From Paraphysomonas bandaiensis (Eukaryota > Protista > Chrysophyceae): a DNA stretch of 64,000 bases. Of the stretch, positions 12,953-26,008 are shown piece after piece. The stretch is taken from contig CBFFRP010000064.1 of the NCBI GenBank assembly GCA_965644295.1, positions 124,001 through 188,000 of the forward strand. The letters run 5' to 3'. The position numbers were made by a program, and so were the translations under genes. The notes beneath the pieces are model-generated. The model was not told the DNA's origin and ran no database searches. It worked only from the letters and a program-made list of their open reading frames with translations. Every line of letters begins with the position of its first letter. Positions within the stretch are counted from its first letter, which is position 1.

Positions 12953-14099
12953 ATAGATTACACATATGTTATGAATATGTTAATTGTTGTGTTTGAAATC
13001 ATAGCTGCACTTTTTCTTCATGATACGGCCAATTTTTATTCTAATATTACATCAATTAAGATAAAACTTTAAGCGAAAAAGGATGTAGCTCTATAATAGC
13101 TTATAGTTGATTATTAGGTATAGACTTTCACTTAGTACATATTTATCATAATCTAAGTTCGTACATGCATTATCGTATAATTCTAATCGACACATGACAT
13201 AATCAATTGAATATATCTGCGTGGTGGCATTCACAACTCTTTGAGAGATAGCAATACTCTGGTAGACATATAGTGGAGTGTTTTATATCATTACACTGCA
13301 CTTTACTCAACATATGTCCTGATCACATCAAATAAAGAATTGATCTTAGTAATAGTAAAACAATGTTGTGATTATTAGAGTGTAAGGTAATGAACACGAT
13401 AGAGTTATCAAGGTTTGACATTATATGAGAAGTATTAACTTAACAACAGAAGGTAACTTATACTCAATGCTGAGAATTATAAATTATAATCAATATCTCT
13501 TATCATTCATCAATATCATGTTGTCTCCACTACCACTCATTTCTCGTACTACGATCTTACATCATCACTACAACTTGCATCGTCACTATATTCCGTTTTA
13601 CCGCTATATACTTATCGTCATTCATTCTCACAATACGATTAACAAGACTACAACTGTATAATACAGTAATTTAAAGACCTTATAGCTACAGCTTTCAATT
13701 GCTTTCATATAGCAGAACTCAACAAGAGTGAAAATTATGAATAACAATATAGAACATAGCTATCATGCACAACGGAATAGTTAGAAGTGTAACTCATAAT
13801 GACGACGTTAAGATGACGATCATGTATCGTCGACAGATACTCTCTAATTCAGTTCATGATATATTTCATTGAACATTATAACTCACAGATACAATCTTGA
13901 ATCTTGTATTAAGCTGAATTCTAATACATCATCGTAACTAGATATGGATCTCTAGATGTAATAGTTAGGCCATTCTTCATTCTTAATACCCTAAATCCGG
14001 GGATTCATGGAGTTTGAAGTAAAAGCAGGATATTTACTATTCGTTGTTTCCTTGGTTTATTTAATTATAATATATATATTTAATGAGAAATATTATTCC

Positions 14100-14206
14100 A
14101 CCTAGTCAACTTGGTTGACAAACCTAGTCATACCAAAATTGGTGGAATGACCTAGTCAAAGTAATAAATGACTTAACCTAGTCAATTTTGGTATTCAACC
14201 AAGTCG
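14100..14206. repeat. Array of ACCTAGTCA motifs spaced 22-28 bp apart
   Basis: Copies at 14100, 14122, 14150, 14176 and a degenerate one at 14198. The same motif occurs at 5231 and 5252 with similar spacer sequence. Confidence 0.75.
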
Positions 14207-15199
14207 TTCTTATATCCATTGATTACACTGGTTTAAGATACCATCTCACACAACGCAATATTTTAGTGGCTTACAGAGCGTAAAAGCAAGCATTCAAATA
14301 TACAATAAGGTTATATATACATATATACACAGGTGTACGGGTTGGACTATCCAGTCTATCTATAGCTTATAACTATATAGCGATGGGTCCCTTGTAAGTG
14401 TAATGGGGAAGAGGGGTCAATGAAGCTGTGGATATACCTCACACTATGATCTGCAGGACATATCGAGATCTTCCTTCACTATATACGTCAGCAAAATGAT
14501 ATATTCTAGCAAAGGACTACGAAATCTTGACCTTACTGAGTTTTTTACGCGGTTGTTATTATTTCCATACAAGAAGATGTGGCATATCAACAGTCATTTA
14601 AGAGGAAGAGGAGGTCTCGTATCTCGTATGAACAGCCCCGATTCAGGAGAGGAGGATAGTGTTGTAGACACGGGAAATGACATGGGGCAAATGATTACCC
14701 ACAGGAGGATAAATGACCCCTTCTCCTCACTCTTCAAGAGGATTGTGGCTTTGGAGCAATGAAGAAACGGCCTGGTTACTATGACTCATATGTAAGCTAC
14801 ATACATCAAGTCATTGCCTATGATTATCTGTATTTACATATACATAGAGGGTATATCCCTCCTATGGAAAGCTACTGTACTTCGAATATTGCAAGTGATA
14901 CGATTGGCTGAGGCGCTTGTATGCAGGAGAGCCTTGCAACTCCTTATCACCACCCTGTTCGTTATAGCGAACGGTAGTAGGGTTTCTCTGTTCAGTTTAA
15001 TCTTTATTAGATGGTAGATTAGCTCATTTTATCAGTTGCAATATAGCCGAATGGTTAGTTGATTGTGGTAAGCTCTCAGCAACCGAGCAGCTGCGCTATA
15101 TTCACAAGTACTTTGCTAAAATCATGGAGTTTTGGTCAACCCGAAATCCTATCTGACTAAATAACCCGTATTTTTGTGTTTTTTTAGGGATTTAAGGTA

Positions 15200-15552
15200 C
15201 AGAGTATATGTAACAGTCATGTACTGCTGTACATGTACCTGTATATGTACATGTATAGGTACAGTGTACTGCTGTACAGACATGTACTGCTGTATATGTA
15301 TATGTATATATATAGCTGTATAGGTACAGTCATCAGCTGTATATGTATATGTATATGTATAGGTACAGACATGTACTGCTGTATATATATATGTATATGT
15401 ATAGGTATCTCTGTATAGGTACAGTCATCATATCGATCTTCGCTATTTTTTGTCATAGATACACAGCACATCACTCTACATACACACACATACATACACA
15501 CATACATACATACATACACACATACATACATACACACGCACATACATACACA
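15200..15552. repeat. Low-complexity TATG/TACAG then CATA satellite upstream of the 15663 gene
   Basis: Degenerate atgtat and gtactgctgta repeats switch to cataca repeats. Confidence 0.8.
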
Positions 15553-15662
15553 CTCAACCTCAGTGTACTTAACACCCAAACTAACCATATCCGACCTCAT
15601 TAAACCACCCATCATCCTCTACACAATCCATGCTATAATCCACATCATTCAACTATCTCATT

Positions 15663-17858
15663 ATGACATCAACTGCCCCATTTAATCCAACACGTCTTAT
15701 ACTTTTATCAGAGCTCAGTACGAAACAAAAAGAAATCTATTACACTCTACTTATAAACAATGAAACTAAGTTTCATAGAAATGATACAGGACAATATATT
15801 GCTAATGTACGTTTACTTGCACCAGGAATAAAAAAAGATAATGGTAGAAGACGTCGTGGACCTCAACAAACAAACTCTTTACTATTAGAAGAGAGGCTTA
15901 TGAATTTACAAGAAGAGGGACGTGTAGATATCAGTATAATCGGTGTAGATGATTTTGATTATCATTCATATCCAAGATTCTCTGTTTTAATTGCAAATAA
16001 TGGAGATGAAGTTCAGCCTAGACCGAAGTTATTGTCATGGTTAATGAGATATATTGAGGACCTTTATGACTCAAGGTTTGCTCATGAGGCTGCTGAGATT
16101 GGTAGAGATGATGCTGGTGAAGTTACTGAAAAGGTTTCTACTATATTTCCTGTATTCGTTGTGAAACAACTTTCAATGAAAGTTGGTCTACGTTCTCTAG
16201 TTGATCAAACTTGTTGGGACTTACTTTACAATGCGCACGTATACCGGAGAGATTATTTGGAAGTGGAAATGTTTTGCCGCTTTTTGCAAGAATTTTATGA
16301 TCATGATGACCTTTTGTTTTTCCTTTACGTGAGATCTGTGGTTGCTAAGCAGTTACATGTATCCTTTAAGACTCGTTGGGCGAAGACAGATGGGCCAGGC
16401 CGACAACCCAAGTCGTTGTGGCTGTCTTACAGGGAGTGCGTCAATGTCGCCCGTGCTGTGTTTGGTGATGCCAACGAGGGTATGTGCCGCGACTTTCTAG
16501 CTATAGTGAGTCCACAGATGGTTGGACAGAAGGCACCTGCTGACGGAACGGGAGGGGACACACGTCGCATTGATATTACTCAGTTTTTACACCTGGCTGT
16601 GGTGGGGTACCACCAGACTCGCCCTCCCGCAGAGGGTGAGGAGGGTTACGGCGGGACAGGGGCTGTACCAACAGATCCGGGATACACAGCCCGGTCAATG
16701 CCTGGGGAAGTGGTACCGCCCGTCCCTTCTGTTGCTCCATCTGGAGGGGAATATATGAGCAGATTTGCACCTCGACCAGTAGCTCTTGAAGAGGAAAATG
16801 CTTATAGCAGGGACAGCTATAAAAGCTCGTCAATGTATGTTTTTTAGTTCTTGATTGTGATTGGTGTGACAGACCGTGCTCTGTATAGGTTGGATGAGGA
16901 GTATCTGTCTAGATTGCAGCGGGATAGGGAGGAAATGATGGCTATGCAGCGGCAAATGCAGATGATGGGCGGCGATGTGGACGACATTGGAGAGGGTATC
17001 GGCGGTGACACATCTGCTTTTTTCCAATTCAACCCGGACTCTGACTTTATGGGTAAATACTGACTTTCTCATATTGGCATGATTTTAATATTTTTTTCCA
17101 TAACATAGACCCCATTATGTCTGATGAGAACATCGACCTAGCTGGCCTGGCTGCGACCTCTCCCATACCTTTGTCCTCATCCACTGGAAAGGCGCCTGCT
17201 GTTCACGAAAATGACCAGGGACAAGGGCAGAACAGTGGTAGGAGAGCCTCAGGAGTGCAGTCAGCTGGAAGGCGACCATCGACACAGCCCCGCCTCAGTC
17301 TGGCAGACTTTGCGAAACAGAGACAGCAGCAGACCAATCCCATGAATGAGGAAGATGGGGGTTACGAGCAGAGTGGACCGTGGAATAGTGAGAATTTTCA
17401 TGATGAACTACTGGACGAAGGTAAAGATGATGATGATAATGATAATAAGCAAGAAGAGTTCATTGTCGATGACGGCGAACTCTCCGACGTGCGGGCTGGA
17501 CGTGAGAGGGAATTTCTAGAATTGTTTTGCGACGAATTGAGCGGTCTTCCCTCAGAAATAGCCACCAGCATTATTGATGAGCTGGCAGATCGGCTGAATA
17601 ATAAGGTAGCTGTCGCAAAATATTTTATGCTTGAGTCAATTTATGGCGCAGCTCTCTGCTTATCTGAGTACACTGGATATTCCACGAGATCCAGATGCTT
17701 TCGACGATATCGTTGTTAATTTTTTGCAGTCTGAGGAGCTTCAAAACGATATGGAATCTGCAAGAGACCTTATGGTGGACTACGTAAGAGACCGCGTTCC
17801 GCAGGACCCATGGACGGGTGAAGAAGGTCCTGATGGTTACAGTTCGGAAATGCATTGA
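15663..17858 (+). CDS. Uncharacterised protein, 4 exons; central region reminiscent of TSNAXIP1-like helical domains
   Basis: Four ORF blocks join in frame through GT-AG introns (about 16835-16888, 17053-17108, 17606-17651). Conserved-looking block WLMRYIEDLYDSRF..VGLRSLVDQTCWDLLYN..EVEMFCRFL, followed by an acidic low-complexity tail. The family assignment is tentative. Confidence 0.7.
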
Positions 17859-18683
17859 TTGGTATCGACTGTTATCAAGCTTTAAGATATGTCGATTTGA
17901 TTTGTTTAGCTTCATGTAAAGAGATAAAATGATTTTGAATATGGATTTTCTAAATACGGCGGCATCATTTCTTCGGAAAGAATGACCGTAGTTATGTAGT
18001 TATCAACTCTAAGATAAGCAGGTATCTATTTTGTACACCTACCATGCTAGAACTGGACAATACACAATCCTACTTCATTCTTGCTGTTATATTCAACTAC
18101 TGTTATATTCAAGAAACTGTCATAGTTCTAGTACCTGAAAAAGCAGCTTCTAATTGCTTCGCAATGAGCAGAGCTCAACATTACCAAGGCTATTGTAAGA
18201 GCACTGCTGAGTTGTGACTATGTGTATACGTGTATAGTGTATACCTTGCCAAATGTGAATATGTGAATATAGAGTGACTTCTATATTCTATTATAGAGGA
18301 TACGCTTTCAGTAAGGGTAGAGGTATATATATTGATGTATCAGATTTTCAATTTTGACATAGAACTACGCAATAGTAATTGCGATTCTAATTGACTACAA
18401 CACGCGTCTACTAATTGCTACGCAACCCTGTCTATTACTATTTGTATACATATTATAGCTGGCTTGTTCCATACTACTAAAGTACCTGATACAAATACAC
18501 AAACGTATCAGGTATTCGAGGTGGTGGACACTACGCCCATGCATGTCCCACACGACATAAACTGATGATATAACTCCCACATGAGCTAGTATAAATCGTT
18601 TATTACGCCATCAACAACGCATAGAAAACAAGGCATCTCAATTACTCTAAAGACGACGTGTCAGAATGCCGTGCTGGATGAAC

Positions 18684-19875
18684 CTAGTGACTGTCTGCGA
18701 TCTAAACACAGGAAATAAGATAAGAGTAGTTCATGTGTTACATTAAAAAATCACCTTTTTCTTTAACTGTGCCACCGCTTTTCCGGGGTTGAGTCCCTTA
18801 GGGCAGGTCTTGGAGCAATTCATGATGGTATGACAGCGGTATAGCTTGAATGCATCATCCAATTCAGCGAGTCGTTCAGCCGTCATCTCATCTCTCGAAT
18901 CGTCAACCCATCGCAAGGCTTGCATCAGTACGGCTGGGCCCAAATATGTATCCGCATTCCACCTGTTGTTGAATGTAAAATGCCATGGGATCAAGACAGG
19001 TTGAAAGGTTACCAGTAGGAAGGACAAGACGTGGAGCAACAGGCACAGAGGATGCACTCATACATGCCGTCGAGTTTCTTGCGATCAACTTTGCTTTGAA
19101 GAAATTCACCATGGTCAAGGTCATGGCTACCTTCAACCTTGGTTTGGAGCCATGGCTTGATAGACTTGTATTGGTCGTAGAAATTGGTCATGTCAGGAAC
19201 AAGGTCCTTGATAACATACATGTGTGGCAATGGGTTGATCTTGACAGGTGCAGACGACTTTTTATCGATATAGCACAGGCATGCCAGAGTATTCTTGCCA
19301 TCAATATTCATAGCGCATGACCCACAAATACCTAATTTCATTATAGAAATTATACTTGTTCAAAAACAGTTGAATATAGGCAACCTTCGCGGCAAGAGCG
19401 CCGGAATGTCAGAGTAGGGTCCTGCTCGCCTTTAATCTTGATAAGAGCATCCAATACCATAGGCCCACATCTATATATATATAACGTTAGTGTATATATA
19501 TAACGTCGTATACATAACATGTGACTGTGACACTTACTCATTTAAGTCTACTTGATATGTGGATGTGCTCGGGCTCTTCTGTTCATCGGGATTCCATCGA
19601 TATATTTGAAAGGATCTGTAAGTAATATCATGTATGTCTGTATGTATGTATGTATGTATGTATGTATGTATACGTACTTGACGTTCGATGATCCTGAAGA
19701 TAGCCGAACCACCTGACAAACATCACAAAAATATTATGAAAATATCTGTGTATATATCTGTATGTGTATGTGTATGTATGTATGTATGTGTGTGTAGAGG
19801 CATGTAGATGGTGATGGGAAGGAATACCTGTCGAATTGATTGCTTATTTGATGCTATTCTTGTGATGCGAAACAT
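18684..19875 (-). CDS. SDH2: Succinate dehydrogenase iron-sulfur subunit (complex II), about 7 exons
   Basis: [80 protein letters not shown]. Presequence-like start MFRITRIAS. All junctions checked are GT-AG. Confidence 0.97.
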
Positions 19876-20026
19876 GGCGGGATGTGTTGAGGGTATATGT
19901 GATTAGATTAAGAGGGTGAGTGTATGTGGATTGAGAGTGATGAGAGTGCAGTGAGATCACCCGCCTCATATTACACACATACATACACACAACACAACTC
20001 TGTATACATGCTCGTCATACATATGG

Positions 20027-20170
20027 ACATACATACATACATACATACATACATACATACATACATACATACATACATACATACATACATACATACATTA
20101 CCTACCTATATACCTACCTACCTACCTACCTACCTACCTACATACATACATACATACATACATACACCTA
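20027..20170. repeat. (CATA)n/(CCTA)n compound microsatellite
   Basis: Directly visible tandem array. Confidence 0.95.
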
Positions 20171-20523
20171 CACTTCTACCCGTATACGGATGATCGTACT
20201 TTCCCGGGCGATAAATTTTACCGTTAAAAATTGTCCTCTATACTGTGGCTGTGTACCTGTGGGACGGGATAGCCTATAGCCTATAGGCTATAGGCTATAG
20301 GTGCATGTGTGCATATTATACGGAGGCAGAAGAAACGGTAACATTCTCCAGTCAGAGCACACACACACATACATATACATATATATAGTGATATATATAT
20401 ATACCATCAATCAAGTAACCCCTCTCTCAATCTAACAGTACCCTCTCATACTCCCTCACATCCCCACCTCTCAGTATCCTTCCAGCCCCCTTATATCTCC
20501 CTCTACACACATATATATATATA

Positions 20524-22299
20524 ATGAAGCCCTCATATAATAAATCACGACATACACCTACAACAGCTAACACCAATAGCTCTCCCGCCTCAGCTAATGA
20601 CAACACCATCAGAAGACTCGAACAAGACATGAATATAATCATAAATAAAATAGATGATCTTCAGAATAATAAATCATCGAATAGTCAACCAGAGCATAGC
20701 GGATCGAACGGATCGATTGGTCTTAACGGCTCAAATGGAATTAATGGATCAACTGGATCTCCGTTTGTTAAAGGAATTAGATCATCAGTTGTTGTTAATC
20801 GTACAAGTAGCGCTAATGATAGTGATAAATATCAAATGTTAGAGAGCTTGATATCGAAACTGACAGATTTGGACCGGGCAGTGCTCAAGAAAACAGATGG
20901 TGCGTTTAATGCCAGACCACGCCGTGCTTCACGAGGAGCGGACTTATCTACCTTTCCAACTCATATCCTCCTTATAGACAGACTGATGGATTTATATGCC
21001 ATATCGCAGCGCCAAACAATAGTTCAGGCACCAGTATTAGCACCTCCAGAAGAGGATGGAAAGGCTATGGAGGAAGTGATGTTACGTAAGGAGGAAGTGT
21101 CACGGCTATCGAAACAACTTGTTGAAGCTGAGTCCGCAAAATCGAAGGCTCAGGACCTTCTCTTGAAACGAACAGCGGAACTAGAACAATTAAAGGCAGA
21201 GAGTGAGAAGCAGCAACGCAGTCCTCGTGGTAGCCCTCGGGGTAGTCCTCGCGGTCAGCGATTGTCTGTGGTTGGGAATGGTGGAAATGTGTCTGCGCCA
21301 TCTCCCATTGGTGAAACGCTGGAGTTGCGTAAGAAGCTTGAAGCTTCGGAGAAGCGATGCAGAGCTCTTGAAGAACAGTGTGAGGTGCATGCAGCGACGC
21401 ACCAGCGATCTGTAGCCGCACTGCAACAGGCAGCGGAATCTATTCAGCGCATCGACTCCGTAGATGGACCTACAGCACTTTCTGCTCTTGGCGGTGTGGT
21501 GAGTATTATATAATACCTTGTGTGTACTGCGTATGATATCTGACTATTCCAGCCGGAGGACATGAGGCGTGCTTGTGAGCAGATACTTTCAAGTGCAGTA
21601 GCCTGCATTGAAAAGAGTCGAAAAAATAGTGCGGAACTTTCTGCGATTGTGCAGGAAGCTGACTCTTTACGGTCGGAGCGAGACTCTATTTGCAAAGATA
21701 AGGACACTCAACTCATCGCATTGAAGGAGACCATTTCGAATCTAACCGAACGTTTACAGCACGCAGAAAGTGCATCATTGGTAGAGCAGCAAAAGGCAAC
21801 CGATGAACAGGCGGCGGTAGTAAGGGATCTCAGAGCGCAGTTGGCAACTGCACAAGCCAGTTTGATGAGCATGGAAAAGCTACCTGCGAAAATATCGGAG
21901 CTTCAGAAACAGGTAACAAGTAGCTTTGTAATTCATTGTGTAGACTCATGTTCTATACAGCTACTTGAGATAGATGATGCAAGAGCTGTTCTTCAGAATC
22001 AGCTGTCGGAGTCGTTTGTGGAAGTTGATTCTCTGCGTGCCTGTAATGAGCACCTAAAAGTCAAGCTAAAGGAGCTATCGGACAGTGACGATAAAAAATG
22101 CTTTGCTGATACATTTGAAGAAGTTATGAGAGAAGAAATGATGGCAATGAAGATCGCATTTGAAAGTAAATTAAAGATTGCTAAAGCTGAGACTGAAGCC
22201 GCCTCCAGAAGACACCAAATGGAGATATATAGACTGCAAAACCCTCACACGTCTCATTTACAATCGTCTTCTGTATCTTCTCTTAAGCCTGGAAAATAG
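20524..22299 (+). CDS. Coiled-coil protein of unknown function, 3 exons
   Basis: Introns at 21499-21552 and 21913-21960 (GT-AG) keep the frame. Heptad-rich E/K/L segments and a triple SPRG repeat are present. Confidence 0.8.
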
Positions 22300-22714
22300 G
22301 GTGTAAATTGTAAATATCTAGTAGAAATATAGTTATTATATTTGCAACCTCTGTATGAACCCTGAATTTTCAATAGTGTACTATTGAATACGTTGTTGCC
22401 ATCGATATGTAGAATTTCTTCATAAATTTATAACAATTTGGTTTTAATATTGGTGACTCATTCATTTTACTTTACAACAGCGCAGTAGTGTCCCTTTCTC
22501 GAAGTGTTCCGGTTACACGAAAGCGTATATTTATTAGGGACAGGAAAATCTGGCGTGTCTTCTTCCAGGACAGTAGTGCAACAGTAGTTTGTGTAACTAT
22601 TAATTGGTGAGAAATATCCAACAAAAATAATTGCAATTATCATTTTCTAACCAATTAATATAGCTGGCAATTCAATTAGTTGTACACAGGCCTGATCACT
22701 GATTGTACAGGGCT

Positions 22715-23130
22715 TTAAGAGTTGTGAATGCCTGATTACTAATTATTAGCAATAGGCGTGTACACGTCTAAACTCAGAACTAATGTAGCGAAATGATTTA
22801 ACTAACTAGTGCTTGATTGTGATATCCTCCTATTTGGCGCAACCACTCTCGCTCTATCACTCAAAGCAAAGGCAGTGAACAAGTAGACTGCTGATATACC
22901 TGGCATCTGCTGACTTCAGGATAGTTGAATTATTAAGGCGAACAGCCCGGACGATTGACTTCAGCAGCAGGCCAATACCCCGGTTACCTTTGAGGTGGAC
23001 CCATATTCCCAAATGCCTGTTTATTCGTGAAGGCCCAAAGACGTATCAGTTTAGGCTATGAGTAGGCAGAACAAAATCTGCTGACTATATGCGGGTCAAG
23101 TTTTAGTTTACTTGTTGAGGGTTGATGATA
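22715..23130 (+). mobile_element. Degenerate copy of repeat family A (terminal arm plus internal sequence)
   Basis: ATTATTAGCAATAGGCGT..CAGAACTAATGTAGCGAA..GCAACCAC..CTCAAAGCAAA matches 31240-31680 and 59920-60150. ATGCCTGTTTATTCGTsAAGGCCCAAAGACGT at about 23013 is the reverse complement of about 59828-59859. Confidence 0.8.
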
Positions 23131-23825
23131 TACTTACATGTCCCCACACTGTCATTGTATTTGACACAGGTAGATGACTTTATGAACTGGACACAACTCT
23201 AATTTGATCTGTTTTTATAATATATAATATTATATTGATGATGTCCTTCACTCTAGGTTACTTGATTTGCTATATCACGTGACTTTATTATATTTAAGTC
23301 AGAAATGATTCATCCATGTAATACCTCTACTGAATATAGATATTATGGTAAGAACATACTCGAGATGTACTTCTCGAATTCATCATAGCTATATATCTTT
23401 CAGATATCTTTTGAACTTTAAATTTGCTCTATGAAATACACTGTGGGATTAAACTAATTTGTGATATACTTAATACTTAACTACTTGACATCAACATGTA
23501 GGATAGCCCCCCAGTGAATACAGCACCGTGTAGAGATGTGTAAACTATAATTTTGTGATTCAATATCCATTGTATTCTTCCCATAACTCCAATAGGACAC
23601 ACTGGAATTATTTTTGCTGCACTATATTGCTTTGATGTGCTCAATGTTTGTAACATATGGATATCGTGTATCGGTAGTCATTAGCATTTTAAAATTTCTG
23701 TAGGTCATGCATATAGCCCCACAGTTTCAACGTTAAAGAAAAAAATATTTACTCATTTACCGCAATGAATAAAGGTATGTATGCGTCGTAAAGATAAGTT
23801 AAAGTTCATATACATGACACTAAGG

Positions 23826-24999
23826 CTACGTTTCTGATCGTTTCTGTTCTCCTATATGACGTTGTCTCAGACCTGTAGAACTCACAATGTCTGCGCTATC
23901 GGCCTTACTTTCAGCAGCAGAACCAAAATCAGACAATTCTTCAGATCTGCTTTCAGGAACAGCGAAGAGCCGCCCACGGGTTCTCCTCCTCGGTACATCT
24001 CCATCTCCAATACTAATACTATCATCCTCAGGTTCATCATTAACATCTGATTCTGTGTCGGAAATGAATGATACCACCTGTTTCGCAGCATTCGATCTTG
24101 CCTATATTATCATATACAAATCATATTAAAACGTTCAAACAGCACACAAACTTGTCACTTACCAGTCGCACCAGCAAGCCAAGGGCAAGAAAAAAATAGA
24201 ATAGGAACAGCACCCCACCAAAAAATGAGGCATATGGAAAAAAGTACAATATATACCCTATACCCCTGGGTAGTGGTGTGATGGACAAATACGCAGCCTC
24301 CACATCCATCTGTTCGGCTGATTCAGAAAGCCGTACTTCAACGGTGTCAGTGGGGGGCGCTATTCGACTCCCTTCTCTGTAGCGATTCATCATTGGTATT
24401 TCCACAACATCACTTTCACTGGCAATTCCAAGTACGTAGAGTGGCCAACTGTATGCTAGACTTAGCCAGGAGATTGTCTGTGACGAATAGGGTACCCGGA
24501 GAACGCGAGAAGAAACACCCAAAACGTCTCCAGCACAGTCCACCATACTCAAGGTGACCATGCACTTCCCTACATCTTGATTTCGCGCCGTACGGTACAA
24601 GCGAAATTTTAAAGATACGTCGTATTCGGAGTGCGATCGAAAAAACCTCTGACATAAACTAGTTTCTGCTTTTCGCTCGCCACTGATGTACTCCCACTGC
24701 TTCTCAATAGATGTCAGACGTAGCTTTGCTATAGGAGTTGGATTAGCTAAATAATCAAAGTGAAGAGGTTCATCAATCAAATCTACAGGAAAAAATAATT
24801 TATACATAATATAATACGTCCCATTAGCGAGTAATAAAGCAAATAATAAGTAAAGTATAGCTTTTACTGCAGGATAGATGAGCCTCATGGCTCCTACCAT
24901 AATAGTCATATGTAACTGTATAATCGATGATACAATTGAATTAATTCCAGTATAAAAACTTTTCTTAATGAAGTCAATGATGTCAGTAAGTGTATCCAT
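23826..24999 (-). CDS. Seipin (BSCL2/Sei1 family lipid-droplet biogenesis protein), 2 exons
   Basis: Two transmembrane segments flank a luminal domain with PLHFDY, YDVSLKFRL..N.DVG..MVTL and SSRVLRVPYSS. The 61-nt intron at 24162-24102 leads to an acidic cytosolic tail. Confidence 0.88.
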
Positions 25000-25249
25000 G
25001 TTCGAGTTGTGTGTTTTAAGGACTGTTTGATGGTAGTATGTATATACGTTACTGTGTAACTGTCTGTGTATTCATTAGCACAGATATACACTTATATTGC
25101 ATGCAGTATACTGTTGTAAGGTGATGATAGCCTGTTCTTAGATTGAATATAGTGTGAGTGTGTAGAATAGTCACTTGGAATTGTTATATATCGCCATTCC
25201 TCTCTAGAGCTAGCTGACTGGAGGTTGACAGGCATCGCTCTGGGCTGTG

Positions 25250-25520
25250 GCTATACGTACTATACCATATGTACTGCTGTACTCTGTGTATGTGTACCAC
25301 TGTCTGTTGTACCATATGATACTGTACTGCAGCACCGTATACTGTACTATGTACTGCTGTACTCATACTGCCTACTGCTGTACCATATACTCTGTACTAC
25401 TCTACTCTTTTCTACACTGCTCTACTATCTACACACTGCACCACTGTGTCGTACTTGTATACAACTTCTATTGTCACAGGAGTACAGGCACAGTAGGATA
25501 CAGCAGTACGTACTGTAGTT
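25250..25520. repeat. Degenerate TACTG/TAC-rich low-complexity tract in the seipin/TPR divergent spacer
   Basis: Repeated gtactgctgtac and taccatat variants. Confidence 0.7.
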
Positions 25521-26008
25521 CTCGTATATGTATATCTAGAGATACACAAAATCCCAGGTTTTATATTCAAAGAGCATTCTGGCGAACGAAAACTTTCCTA
25601 CTAATGGGACAATCCGCCTATTCGGTGAAACTGATCGTATCTGCAGTGGGATGTGTATTTTATATACATGAAAACGTTATTATAGATTGCATAGTAGCAA
25701 TATGAATGGTAAGTGTTAACATTTCTCTAAAGAAGTAGAAAATCTTTCAGGGTCACTCACTTCACTTTATTGAAGTTCTTACAGTTCATAAAGTCTAACT
25801 TCATTACATTTTCATTGGATGAAAAGTGTAATATATATTGAACTTCGTTAATGAAACCCGTCAGTGAATATCAATTTCTCTTTCCACTTCATCCTATGAT
25901 TTTAATATATTGACCATTCATTGGATGAGGTTCAACTTAATTCTTTACTTCACTATTTATTAGAATTTCTTATAATTTCAGAGTGTATATTCATACATTT
26001 CATACATA

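Noticed and set aside
14100-14206. CRISPR-like repeat-spacer appearance
   Set aside because: The repeat is only 9 bp, spacers are 13-19 bp and partly similar to each other, the context is eukaryotic, and there are no cas genes.
22687-22715. CAGGCCTGAT resembling the hAT TIR
   Set aside because: Only about 10 nt match, with no partner end or TSD.
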